A stretch of DNA of 64,000 nucleotides. Origin: Candidatus Falkowbacteria bacterium. GTDB lineage: Bacteria; Patescibacteriota; Patescibacteriia; Patescibacteriales; UBA12465. The translations under genes were made by a program, and so were the position numbers. The notes beneath the pieces were generated by a model that was not told the DNA's origin, did no database searches, and worked only from the letters and a program-made list of their open reading frames with translations. The first letter of the stretch is position 1. Each line of letters begins with the position of its first letter. Below, in pieces: positions 18,150 to 26,957 of this stretch. The DNA lies in assembly GCA_037134915.1 (NCBI GenBank), contig JBAXLJ010000001.1, positions 165,484-229,483 on the forward strand, in the 5' to 3' direction.

Positions 18150-21100
18150 ATGAAAAAAAATCTTAGGAATAAAAATATTCTGCTTGAAAAAGCCGGCTTA
18201 GCTCTTGTAGCTTTAGCACTGGCTTTTTTTGTTTCTTGGCCAACTGGTCAGGCTAAGGCGCTTGATACCCTATCGCCAATTTCGGCACCAGTGGTCGGCG
18301 CGGGAATCCCGGTAGTTGATTTGGGTCTTCAGGTTTCTAATATGACCAATCGATTGTTGGATTCTTTGAAAGCTAAACAGAGCAGTTTTTTAAATACTTG
18401 GGGCTCTAAGATATTAGGGGCTACCTTGCGCGCCACTTTAAATCGAATTGCTTATGATGCGGCTAACTATGTGGCCACTGCTGGGGAAGGTCAAAAACCG
18501 CAATATGTCGTGGAAAATTTCGGTGATTACTGGAAGAATATCGGTGACGCCGCCGCGGGTGATTTTATTGACTCCGTCGGTAAGAGCTGGCAGGTAGATT
18601 TGTGCCAACCTAACGCTGCCATTCGAGCTAATATAGGTTTGGGCTTAATTCAAGAACAAAGACCCTCGGCCCCTAATTGTACTCTTAGTCAGTTAACTAG
18701 CAATTATACTTCCGCTTACGAAAAATATGCGGCCATGAAAAGCGGTGACTATCTTAAAGCCCTGCAAATTAATTTTCAACCGGGTGGTGGTGAAATTGGC
18801 TCCGCCTTTACTTTATTTGGTCGAACCCAGGATATTGTAACTACTAAAAAATCTAACGAACAAGCCGCTAACACGATTACTCAAGGCTGGTTAGACGTCC
18901 GTGGTGTCGATGGTAAATTATTATCTTTACCAGGCAATGCTAAGGATACTCTAGCTAATGCTAAATCGATTCAGGCTCAAGGAATGTTATCTTTTACTGG
19001 CAACGCTTTAGTTGACGCGGCTAATGTCTTTCTAAATCAATTAGCTTACGAGGGCATGCAGCGTGTGATTCGTGAAATTAGCAAAGGTAAAAGCAGTTTA
19101 ACTAATATTACCGATCCTAGTTTTCCCGGCAGCGCCTTCGATAGCGTTCTACAATATGGTGAAAAAGTTATCAGTGAAAAATTAGCCACAATTATTAAAC
19201 CGCATTTTGATGTTAAAAGTGACTATAGTATTTTATCAGATCTTTCCGTCTGTCCGGATAAAAAAAATCCGGGTCCTAATAATTGTGTGATTGATGATAA
19301 TTTTTCTCAAGCCATTTCTGAAAAAGTAACCGTTGGCGAAGCTTTAAATAAAGGCTATTTACATGGTGACTGGTTAGTTTCTAGTGATAATAAAGCAGAC
19401 AGTACTTATACTTTGCGTAGTGCCACTATTTTACGAAAATTCAGAATTGTTCCGGTCGGCTGGGAGCAAGCAATTTCTTTGGCTTCCTCACGCAACTTAA
19501 AAGTGACTTTTCAGGATTTAGTTTCCTGTTTTGATGGCAATGGTACATTCTCGGCTGATTTTAATAAGAATGATCAGTCTTGGTGCCGTGGTTTAGTCGA
19601 TCCCAACTGGGTTTTAAAGGCGCCGCTTAATTATTGTACTAAACAGGGAGCTGGCGGCCAAATTTCCAGCAGTTTGCTTTCCAAGGATGAAAATGGTTTG
19701 TCGACTGTTGTTATCTCTCGTAATAGCGATTACTGTGCCGATGAACAAACTTGTATTAAAGAAAAAGCTGATGGTTCCTGTGAGACCTATGGCTATTGTA
19801 ATGAGGAAAAGAGGACTTGGAAGTTTAATTCTGACTCTTGTGAGCCTGTTTATAACACTTGCCAAACATTTACCAGCCCTAGTCGCAAAGAAGCGGTGTC
19901 TTACCTGCAAAATACTTTAGATTATAGCAGCTGTAATGCCAGTAATTCGGGTTGTAAGCAATATTCTTATAATGGCACCTATTCCTCTAGCACTAATAAA
20001 ATTTCTTGGAGTAAGTCTTCTTCAATTTATCTAAACAGTCAAGCAACGGCTTGCGATGCCGCTGGTGAAGGTTGTAATAAATTATATCGTGGCAAGCCAG
20101 GTTGGCGGGATGTTAATTTTGTCATGAACTCTAATTTTGAACTTAATAATGTTGGCGATACATCGACTTCAACTAATTGGCATTGGCCGGTTAAAGTCGG
20201 GGTTGGTTCAATTATTGATGGCAAGTCTTTAAATCTAATCGGGGCTACCGGTACGGCTGTTTACTCTGATAGTATTTCTAGTTCAACTAATTTACTACCG
20301 ACTAATTTAACGGCGGTTCCTGGCTGGTCTTATACTCTCTCAGCCGATGTTTACCTTACAACTGGTGACAAGGTAATTATGACCCTGGGTGACTCGGCGA
20401 CGACCACGGAAATGACGACTAAGAATGCTTGGCAAACGATTTCTTTAGTAGCCTCAGCCGGAAGTTTAAATACTAGTAATTTAAATTTTGCGATTACCGG
20501 TGCGGGCGCGCAGGTTAACTTCTCGGTTAGAAACATTAAGCTCGCTCCTAACAATTTCTTGTCACCTTACGCTGTTTATGGTCTATTCCCAGTTTATGAA
20601 AAATTATTACCGGCTTATTTAGAAAGCGCTTGCTATGTTTCTAGTGGCGATTATCATTTGAAGCCTGATGCACCTTCGATTTGTAATAATTATGCTAGGA
20701 AGTGTAATCGTGAAGAAGTTGGTTGCGAACTCTTTACTTCCACGGCTGATAATTTTTCAGTGGCCGCTAAAGCTAATTCAGCTGATTACTGTGACGCTAA
20801 GTGTGTTGGTTATGATACCTACCTCGCTAAAGCTTCTTATTTCTATGGCACTTCCGCTGATAATTTAATTCCAGCGAGTGCTATTACTTGTAGCGCGGAA
20901 AGCGCTGGTTGTGCCAGCTTTACTAACTTGGACGCTGCTAGTTCCGGTGGTGAAAATTTAGAATACTACTCTAAGGTCAGACAATGTATTAAGCCGGATA
21001 CGGCTTCTTGTGGCGACTTTTATTCTTGGGATAATTCCCAACTTAAAGCGATGTCACTTAAAAAAGATGCTAGCGGTAATCCGATAGTCGTTGATGCGGT

Positions 21101-24100
21101 AAGCGATGCTTTGTGTAGTCAGAGTGTTTATACTTTGCTTCCTAGCGACCCCGCTTATAATCCTGATTGTCGTGAATTTTATAATAAAAATGGGCAAATT
21201 ACTTATCATCTTTTCTCGAATACAATTTCTTGTTCCGACAATTGCCATGCCTATCGTTTGAATGATAAAAATATTGATGCGAGTCTAACAGCGGCTACTT
21301 GTACTGGCGTCGACAAGAGCTGGGACGCAACTCAAGCCGCTTGTTATGTTTGTAAAAGCGGCGGTCTTTGGAGTGCCAAACAAAACGCTTGTGTTTATCA
21401 AGTAGTACCAAATGAGGGCACTTCTTGCTCTTCAGAAGAAGTGGGTTGTCGTGAATACAATGGTAATAATGGCGCTAACATGAGACTGGTCGCTGGTTAT
21501 GATTTTGAAAGTAGTCTTGAAGGCTTCACTGGTATTTCTGGAGCGACTTTAGCTCAGAGTTTAGAATCGACTTCTAAAAATGGTCATTCTTTAGCTTATA
21601 CTGGTAGCGGTGCCACCGCGGCTATGGAAGTTGGCGCTCAAGGCTTTGCCAAGAAGGGGTCGGCTTACGTGATTAAGTTTATGGCCAAGGCGGCCGTGGC
21701 TGTTAACACTAAAATTTATTTCACAAATTCTGACGGCGCTGTTTCTGTCTTTGGAGTCACGGCGGCTAATCCTCAAGGCAATCTAGTTATCAAAGCCGAT
21801 AATGTGTGGAATCTTTATGAAATTAATTTACTTAATTTAGATCATGATGTTAAAGCGGAACAATTAGTAATTCAAGCCGATAATAATCTATTTTTAGATC
21901 ACGTCGTTTTAAGTGAAATCAGCGATCGTTATTATCTAATTAAAGGTAGTAGCGTGATTCCTGATGTTTGTTCTTATGATATGGCTGGTACTTATCAAGG
22001 ACCAAATTATAATCTGGGTTGTGCACAATACACTGACCGTTCCGGCATTGTTAATAATTTGCATCGTTTTAGTGAGCTGTGTCAGGATTCAGCCGTTGGT
22101 TGTGAGCAGATGATTCAGACTAATAATTCTTCCGATTATTATGGTTATACTTTAAATTTAAATAACGCTGATCAGACAGTAGCTTGTATTTCTGGCACCC
22201 CGGGATGTATTACCGTTAAAGGGCATCAGGCTATTTATGCGGTCTTTGATCCAAGCAAACAATGTAACGTGTCGGAGGCCGGCTGTACCCGCTTTGGCTA
22301 TTCACAGACTTCGGGTGCTATGACTAATTGGGCGGATATTTATAAGAAAAATTTACCGGATACTTATAAATCAGAAACCGCTTCGCCGCTTTGTAAATCA
22401 ACGGAAGTCGGTTGTGATACTTGGTCAGATACTAATGGTTTAAAAAATTATTTTAAAGATCCAGGACTTAATACTTGTGTTTTAAAGAATAATATTTGGT
22501 ATAAAACGCCGGTCAAACGTTGTGACGCAAACCGCGATGGCAAGATTACGGGCACCGAAAAAGACGCTGCTATGTGTTTGACTGATACCGAGTGTGGCCT
22601 AGGTAAGTGCATCATGGATACCAATGACTATGTTTGTCCGATCAATTATCTCAAAACTTTTGGTTTTGGTGGTGGTGGCGGTAGAGTGGCGACTCCTGAG
22701 GGTATGACTGGTTTGTGCGGTGCTGAATCTTCAAGTTGCAGCGAATATATTGACCCAAACAGCAAATTCGTCAGTAATTTGATTTACAATCCGGCCGCTG
22801 AGGACATTAATCAGGATGGCGAAGCTGACAAGTGGGCCACTACTTCGGTGCCAATGGCTGGTTATTATTTCCAGAGAATTAATGTTAGGCCGAATAAACT
22901 TTATATCTTACAGGTTGATGGTCCAGCTGTTCAACCAGTTATTTTGGATAATTTTTCACCGATTATCGCTTTACCGGGTATCGGTACTGTCCGCACTTTA
23001 GGGGCCACCTCTACTAATTTATTAAACGCTCCGGTTTCAGCGATTGCAATTTCGGCTAGCAGTTCCGTGATGTTCTATACCGGTGCTAATACTTATTTAA
23101 ATGTTTCTCGCTACGGCACAACTACTAGCACCACCGTTGATAAGACGAGTGTCTACCTTCGAGAGGCTATTATTAATTATCAATTAAGCTCTAACTTAGA
23201 TACCCAAACTTGTAATGGCGTGGTTAATACTGATAATGGTTGCGTCTTGTTTAACTCTAGAACTCAAATGGGTGCTAGTGGCTTAAATAAATTAACTTTT
23301 GCCGCCACCCCCGAGGGCAGCGCGCCTTTAGCTTGCGATGGTAATACTAATTGTATCGCTAATTCCGTGATTAAAGTTACTCCTGATAGAATTTGTTCGC
23401 GCTGGTTGTCTTGCCGGACTTACATTGAAGATCCAATTACCAAAGAGCGAACCTGTTATGGATTAGGGGAGTGTGATTTATTAAATAATAAGAATGAATG
23501 CGCCAATTTTTTACCATTAGATGGCGTCGTTCGCAATATTCAAAATAATCAAAATAAAAATGCGACCGGCTATGCTATTCTTAACGACTATTATTTAGGG
23601 GCAATGAAAGAGGTTGGTCAAAATACCACGGCTCACTTTGATTTCGAAAATAATTTAGTGGGTTTATCTTGTCGTCGTGATGTCGACGCTAATGGCGCTG
23701 GCGTTGGTCAGTCTTGTAGTTTTGATAAAAATATCACTGATAGTTTGGTCTTGGAACCAAATGGCTCTCCAGCCGGAATTGATTATCCGGCTCACGGCAA
23801 GGGTTATCTTAAAGTTCTAAATTATTATCAGATATCGCCGCAAGCCGAAGGCTCAAGCTTCTCGTTGTATACTAATCAAGACTATTATATTAATTATTTA
23901 GTCAATACTAAGGGGTCGAGTGCTAAGGCTAAACTACTGGTTACTAATGAGGCTGCTACCACTACCTATGCTCGTTTCATTGATACTGCCCCAAATGGCT
24001 GGGAACGAAAAGTCCAGCGCCTGAGAATTATCGATACTAACGTTAAGCAGGTTAAGGTTAAAATTTATTTAACCTCCGATACCACCAACATTAATACTGG

Positions 24101-26195
24101 TTATGTTTATTATGACGATATAAATATTGAACCAGTGCTACAGACTGGGCCGACTAATTTCGTTTCTAAAGATTGCCGACTATATCCGGGTGATGATAGT
24201 CTGACTTGTTTGTCAGCGAACAATAATGTTATTAAAGATGGTTTGTTTGGCTATTGTTTACAATATGACCCGCTTAACCCCAAAGTTTGTTTAATGTGGT
24301 ATCCGATTGATCAGATTGCTCCAATTACTAGGCTTAATCGTTCAGATTCTGGTTACACTGGTAAATTCCCTCTATATTATTGTTCTGAGGCAAATGGAAA
24401 TTTCCAATTGCTTAAAAAAATTAAAGTGTTTGAGGTGGCTCATGATTTTGGTGGTGCTTGGAACGAAATGTATCAATCAGATTCAAATATTCAAAATATC
24501 TGCATTGGCCTTTTGGGCCATAGATGCGAGGGGACTAATATTTGTTATTCAGCAACCCAGACTCAAGCTAACACTGGCGTCGCCTCTCAGGGTGATTATG
24601 GTAGCAATGTTTATCCTAGTTGTGGTAGCAGTGATTACAAAATCATGATCAACATCACGGCCACCCCCTATAAGTATTATATGAGAATTTATTGCGTCCC
24701 TAATTCAGATTTAATTTGGGGAACCACCGGTGAAGATACTTCGGTTAATAAGAGTCTTTATGATAGCCAGTCGGGTTGTGGTTTTCAAGATTCTTGGGTA
24801 CCTTATAACGGCAGTTTTTTAACAGGAACAGTTAATTCTTCAGATAACGGTGGCGCCCCTAGTGTTAAACAGAAAACCTTTGAAAACGTTAATGACTTAG
24901 GCTTTACTTATGATTCTAAGGCTAATTTTTCAGCCTATAATTTAAAGCTCTTGGTGACCGCCGATCCAGCTTCTTTTTATCACTTTACCTGTAATCGTTT
25001 TACTGGTTTAGTTGATGCTGATGGTAATAATCAGGCTTGGTCGGGACGAACTAGTCGTGGTTCGGTGTTTGCGACTTCTACTCCAGATTTCTTCTACAAT
25101 ACTGCTTTAGCTTATAGCTACATGCCTAGTTCAGCGACCTCAACCGCTAATAGCTGTACGGGGACAATCAGATGTAGTGGCAGCACGTTAACTCAGAGTC
25201 TTTGTACAACTTTAGGCTGTTTTTGGGATCCAAACACTTCTCTTTGCCAAGGAGCTGTCCTAGTTTCTTGCAATGGTCTAAGTAACGCCATCGACTGTTA
25301 TGACGCCGGCTGTACTTGGGGACCAGATACAGCTTCAACCACCCCTAATCCTCACGCCATTTATTTATACGGTCGCAATCGTGAAGATATTCCGTTTGGT
25401 TCCGCCGTTTTGCCAAGTAATTACGACCTCTTAACTAGTGACCAAATTAGTTTAAGAAACCAATATTCTAAAAAAACCAGCGAGACTTTATTTGCTGGTC
25501 GGCCCTATGGCTGCGTGGGGGCTTCTTGTAAGTATATCGGCCAATGCAGTCTTGATCCTAATGTTTATTGTGTCTATGATGCAGTTAATCAAGAGGTTAA
25601 TAAGTCGGGCTGTTCAGCTGGTGGTAATGGTTCTTGTATTCATTTATGGGATTCGATTGTGCCGGTTTTTGCTACCGACAGCGCTCAGATTCTAAATAAG
25701 ATATTCATTAAGAAATATTCAGATTATAAATATTTAGGTAGCGGCTATACACCAGTTAGCGTGGTTGATTCTTTTGTGACACCACCGCAATGTCCTGGTA
25801 ATATTCGGCCTATTTTACCGGAAACTTCTTATTGTGAAGTTTACCCTAGTATCTCTAATATCACGATGAAGCTTGGAACGGTTCCGGTGGCTATTTTACC
25901 GGCTACCGGCGGCTTCAAAGTAACTGATGGCAATATGTATCAGTTGGAATTTAACTCCAGCGTTGATTTGGAACAGCAGCCGCTAAAAGAAATTGTGATT
26001 AAGTGGGGTGATGGTAATATTCAAATTATAACCAATCAAGATAATAAACCAGTTGGCGGCCTACCTCATAAGTTCTATCATTATTACGCCGCCGGCCCTT
26101 CTTATCAGATTGAAGTCAAAGTAATTGATAATTGGGACGCTTGGACCTGTTGTAAAATTGGTGATGTCTGTGATCCGGCAGCCTGCTCGATCTAA
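18150..26195 (+). CDS. Giant (2,681 aa) secreted cysteine-rich surface protein with a PKD-like C-terminal domain
   Basis: The ORF is uninterrupted for 8 kb. It has an N-terminal signal/anchor (AGLALVALALAFFVSWPTGQAKA) and a dense, recurring Cys motif. The C-terminus IKWGDGNIQ…HKFYHYYAAGPSYQIEVKVIDNWD is PKD-like. Confidence 0.8.
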   Translation: MKKNLRNKNILLEKAGLALVALALAFFVSWPTGQAKALDTLSPISAPVVGAGIPVVDLGLQVSNMTNRLLDSLKAKQSSFLNTWGSKILGATLRATLNRIAYDAANYVATAGEGQKPQYVVENFGDYWKNIGDAAAGDFIDSVGKSWQVDLCQPNAAIRANIGLGLIQEQRPSAPNCTLSQLTSNYTSAYEKYAAMKSGDYLKALQINFQPGGGEIGSAFTLFGRTQDIVTTKKSNEQAANTITQGWLDVRGVDGKLLSLPGNAKDTLANAKSIQAQGMLSFTGNALVDAANVFLNQLAYEGMQRVIREISKGKSSLTNITDPSFPGSAFDSVLQYGEKVISEKLATIIKPHFDVKSDYSILSDLSVCPDKKNPGPNNCVIDDNFSQAISEKVTVGEALNKGYLHGDWLVSSDNKADSTYTLRSATILRKFRIVPVGWEQAISLASSRNLKVTFQDLVSCFDGNGTFSADFNKNDQSWCRGLVDPNWVLKAPLNYCTKQGAGGQISSSLLSKDENGLSTVVISRNSDYCADEQTCIKEKADGSCETYGYCNEEKRTWKFNSDSCEPVYNTCQTFTSPSRKEAVSYLQNTLDYSSCNASNSGCKQYSYNGTYSSSTNKISWSKSSSIYLNSQATACDAAGEGCNKLYRGKPGWRDVNFVMNSNFELNNVGDTSTSTNWHWPVKVGVGSIIDGKSLNLIGATGTAVYSDSISSSTNLLPTNLTAVPGWSYTLSADVYLTTGDKVIMTLGDSATTTEMTTKNAWQTISLVASAGSLNTSNLNFAITGAGAQVNFSVRNIKLAPNNFLSPYAVYGLFPVYEKLLPAYLESACYVSSGDYHLKPDAPSICNNYARKCNREEVGCELFTSTADNFSVAAKANSADYCDAKCVGYDTYLAKASYFYGTSADNLIPASAITCSAESAGCASFTNLDAASSGGENLEYYSKVRQCIKPDTASCGDFYSWDNSQLKAMSLKKDASGNPIVVDAVSDALCSQSVYTLLPSDPAYNPDCREFYNKNGQITYHLFSNTISCSDNCHAYRLNDKNIDASLTAATCTGVDKSWDATQAACYVCKSGGLWSAKQNACVYQVVPNEGTSCSSEEVGCREYNGNNGANMRLVAGYDFESSLEGFTGISGATLAQSLESTSKNGHSLAYTGSGATAAMEVGAQGFAKKGSAYVIKFMAKAAVAVNTKIYFTNSDGAVSVFGVTAANPQGNLVIKADNVWNLYEINLLNLDHDVKAEQLVIQADNNLFLDHVVLSEISDRYYLIKGSSVIPDVCSYDMAGTYQGPNYNLGCAQYTDRSGIVNNLHRFSELCQDSAVGCEQMIQTNNSSDYYGYTLNLNNADQTVACISGTPGCITVKGHQAIYAVFDPSKQCNVSEAGCTRFGYSQTSGAMTNWADIYKKNLPDTYKSETASPLCKSTEVGCDTWSDTNGLKNYFKDPGLNTCVLKNNIWYKTPVKRCDANRDGKITGTEKDAAMCLTDTECGLGKCIMDTNDYVCPINYLKTFGFGGGGGRVATPEGMTGLCGAESSSCSEYIDPNSKFVSNLIYNPAAEDINQDGEADKWATTSVPMAGYYFQRINVRPNKLYILQVDGPAVQPVILDNFSPIIALPGIGTVRTLGATSTNLLNAPVSAIAISASSSVMFYTGANTYLNVSRYGTTTSTTVDKTSVYLREAIINYQLSSNLDTQTCNGVVNTDNGCVLFNSRTQMGASGLNKLTFAATPEGSAPLACDGNTNCIANSVIKVTPDRICSRWLSCRTYIEDPITKERTCYGLGECDLLNNKNECANFLPLDGVVRNIQNNQNKNATGYAILNDYYLGAMKEVGQNTTAHFDFENNLVGLSCRRDVDANGAGVGQSCSFDKNITDSLVLEPNGSPAGIDYPAHGKGYLKVLNYYQISPQAEGSSFSLYTNQDYYINYLVNTKGSSAKAKLLVTNEAATTTYARFIDTAPNGWERKVQRLRIIDTNVKQVKVKIYLTSDTTNINTGYVYYDDINIEPVLQTGPTNFVSKDCRLYPGDDSLTCLSANNNVIKDGLFGYCLQYDPLNPKVCLMWYPIDQIAPITRLNRSDSGYTGKFPLYYCSEANGNFQLLKKIKVFEVAHDFGGAWNEMYQSDSNIQNICIGLLGHRCEGTNICYSATQTQANTGVASQGDYGSNVYPSCGSSDYKIMINITATPYKYYMRIYCVPNSDLIWGTTGEDTSVNKSLYDSQSGCGFQDSWVPYNGSFLTGTVNSSDNGGAPSVKQKTFENVNDLGFTYDSKANFSAYNLKLLVTADPASFYHFTCNRFTGLVDADGNNQAWSGRTSRGSVFATSTPDFFYNTALAYSYMPSSATSTANSCTGTIRCSGSTLTQSLCTTLGCFWDPNTSLCQGAVLVSCNGLSNAIDCYDAGCTWGPDTASTTPNPHAIYLYGRNREDIPFGSAVLPSNYDLLTSDQISLRNQYSKKTSETLFAGRPYGCVGASCKYIGQCSLDPNVYCVYDAVNQEVNKSGCSAGGNGSCIHLWDSIVPVFATDSAQILNKIFIKKYSDYKYLGSGYTPVSVVDSFVTPPQCPGNIRPILPETSYCEVYPSISNITMKLGTVPVAILPATGGFKVTDGNMYQLEFNSSVDLEQQPLKEIVIKWGDGNIQIITNQDNKPVGGLPHKFYHYYAAGPSYQIEVKVIDNWDAWTCCKIGDVCDPAACSI

Positions 26196-26210
26196 TAAAA
26201 AATAATTATA

Positions 26211-26241
26211 AAAAATCCATAGTTAACTATGGATTTTTTAT
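26211..26241 (+). terminator. Rho-independent terminator after the giant gene
   Basis: aaaaatccatagt-taa-actatggattttt is a perfect 13-bp stem followed by TTTTTTATT. Confidence 0.65.
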
Positions 26242-26325
26242 TGGTTTTAAGTTTTGCCAACATCTTTTTTTTATAGTAAAATTATAGGGTAAAAGCTGTT
26301 AAAATAATTTGCGGATTATGTTATA

Positions 26326-26934
26326 ATGGTAATGAATTATTTTAAAGTTTTTATGGATATTGACGAACAATTGCTTAATCAGAATACAAAGGAAAAGGAA
26401 GCGGAAAAGGCGGGCGATTTTCGGGCCAAACAACGAGAAGCGGTCCCGGAAAATACTCGTCAAGAAGCGGATAATATTCGGGAAGCGGTTCGTCAGAATA
26501 AAGCTTCTAGCGCTAAAGAATTATTAGAAAAAGCGCTGACTAAAAATTCCTTAAATCCATTTTTAGAAACGACTGATGGATTGTTGAAGGCTGCTTGGGA
26601 AAATTTAATTCCCAGCTGGGGCTTAACCCTTTTTTGGATAGATATTCATGCTTTTTTAAATAAAGCTTTGGGTCCCTGGGCTTTTAGAGAATTGGGTGAA
26701 GAATGGATTCCGGCCAGTATTAAAAAGATTGATGAAGAAAAAAGCAAGGAAGCGGCGGCCATGCTTAGAATCGTTGAAGGTGCCGGCTGCGGCTGTTTGA
26801 ATCTCGGTTGTTTATTTATAATTATTGCCGCCTTGTCTTTAGTGGCAATGATTGTCTCGGCAATTTCTGATCCGCTGATTCCTATTAAAGCAATTTTTGG
26901 TACCCTGTGGCATTATCTTACCGGCGGTAAGTAA
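26326..26934 (+). CDS. Hypothetical protein with a C-terminal membrane segment (first gene of the T4SS-like cluster)
   Basis: The N-terminus is charged. The C-terminus has a hydrophobic helix (GCGCLNLGCLFIIIAALSLVAMIVSAI). I recognised no family. Confidence 0.5.
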   Translation: MVMNYFKVFMDIDEQLLNQNTKEKEAEKAGDFRAKQREAVPENTRQEADNIREAVRQNKASSAKELLEKALTKNSLNPFLETTDGLLKAAWENLIPSWGLTLFWIDIHAFLNKALGPWAFRELGEEWIPASIKKIDEEKSKEAAAMLRIVEGAGCGCLNLGCLFIIIAALSLVAMIVSAISDPLIPIKAIFGTLWHYLTGGK

Positions 26935-26957
26935 AAAATAATTCTTTATTTTGTTCA

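Noticed and set aside
19614-19910. Antisense or out-of-frame ORFs inside long genes. Examples: 3703-3924, 4849-5049, 6691-7005, 7252-7536, 9249-9518, 10540-10737, 10799-11167, 19614-19910, 27548-27988, 28377-28781, 32164-32601, 38991-39383, 53916-54428 and 59171-59518.
   Set aside because: Each lies wholly within a longer ORF that has clear family motifs or better coding character. Their translations are low-complexity with no motifs. I treat them as shadow ORFs.
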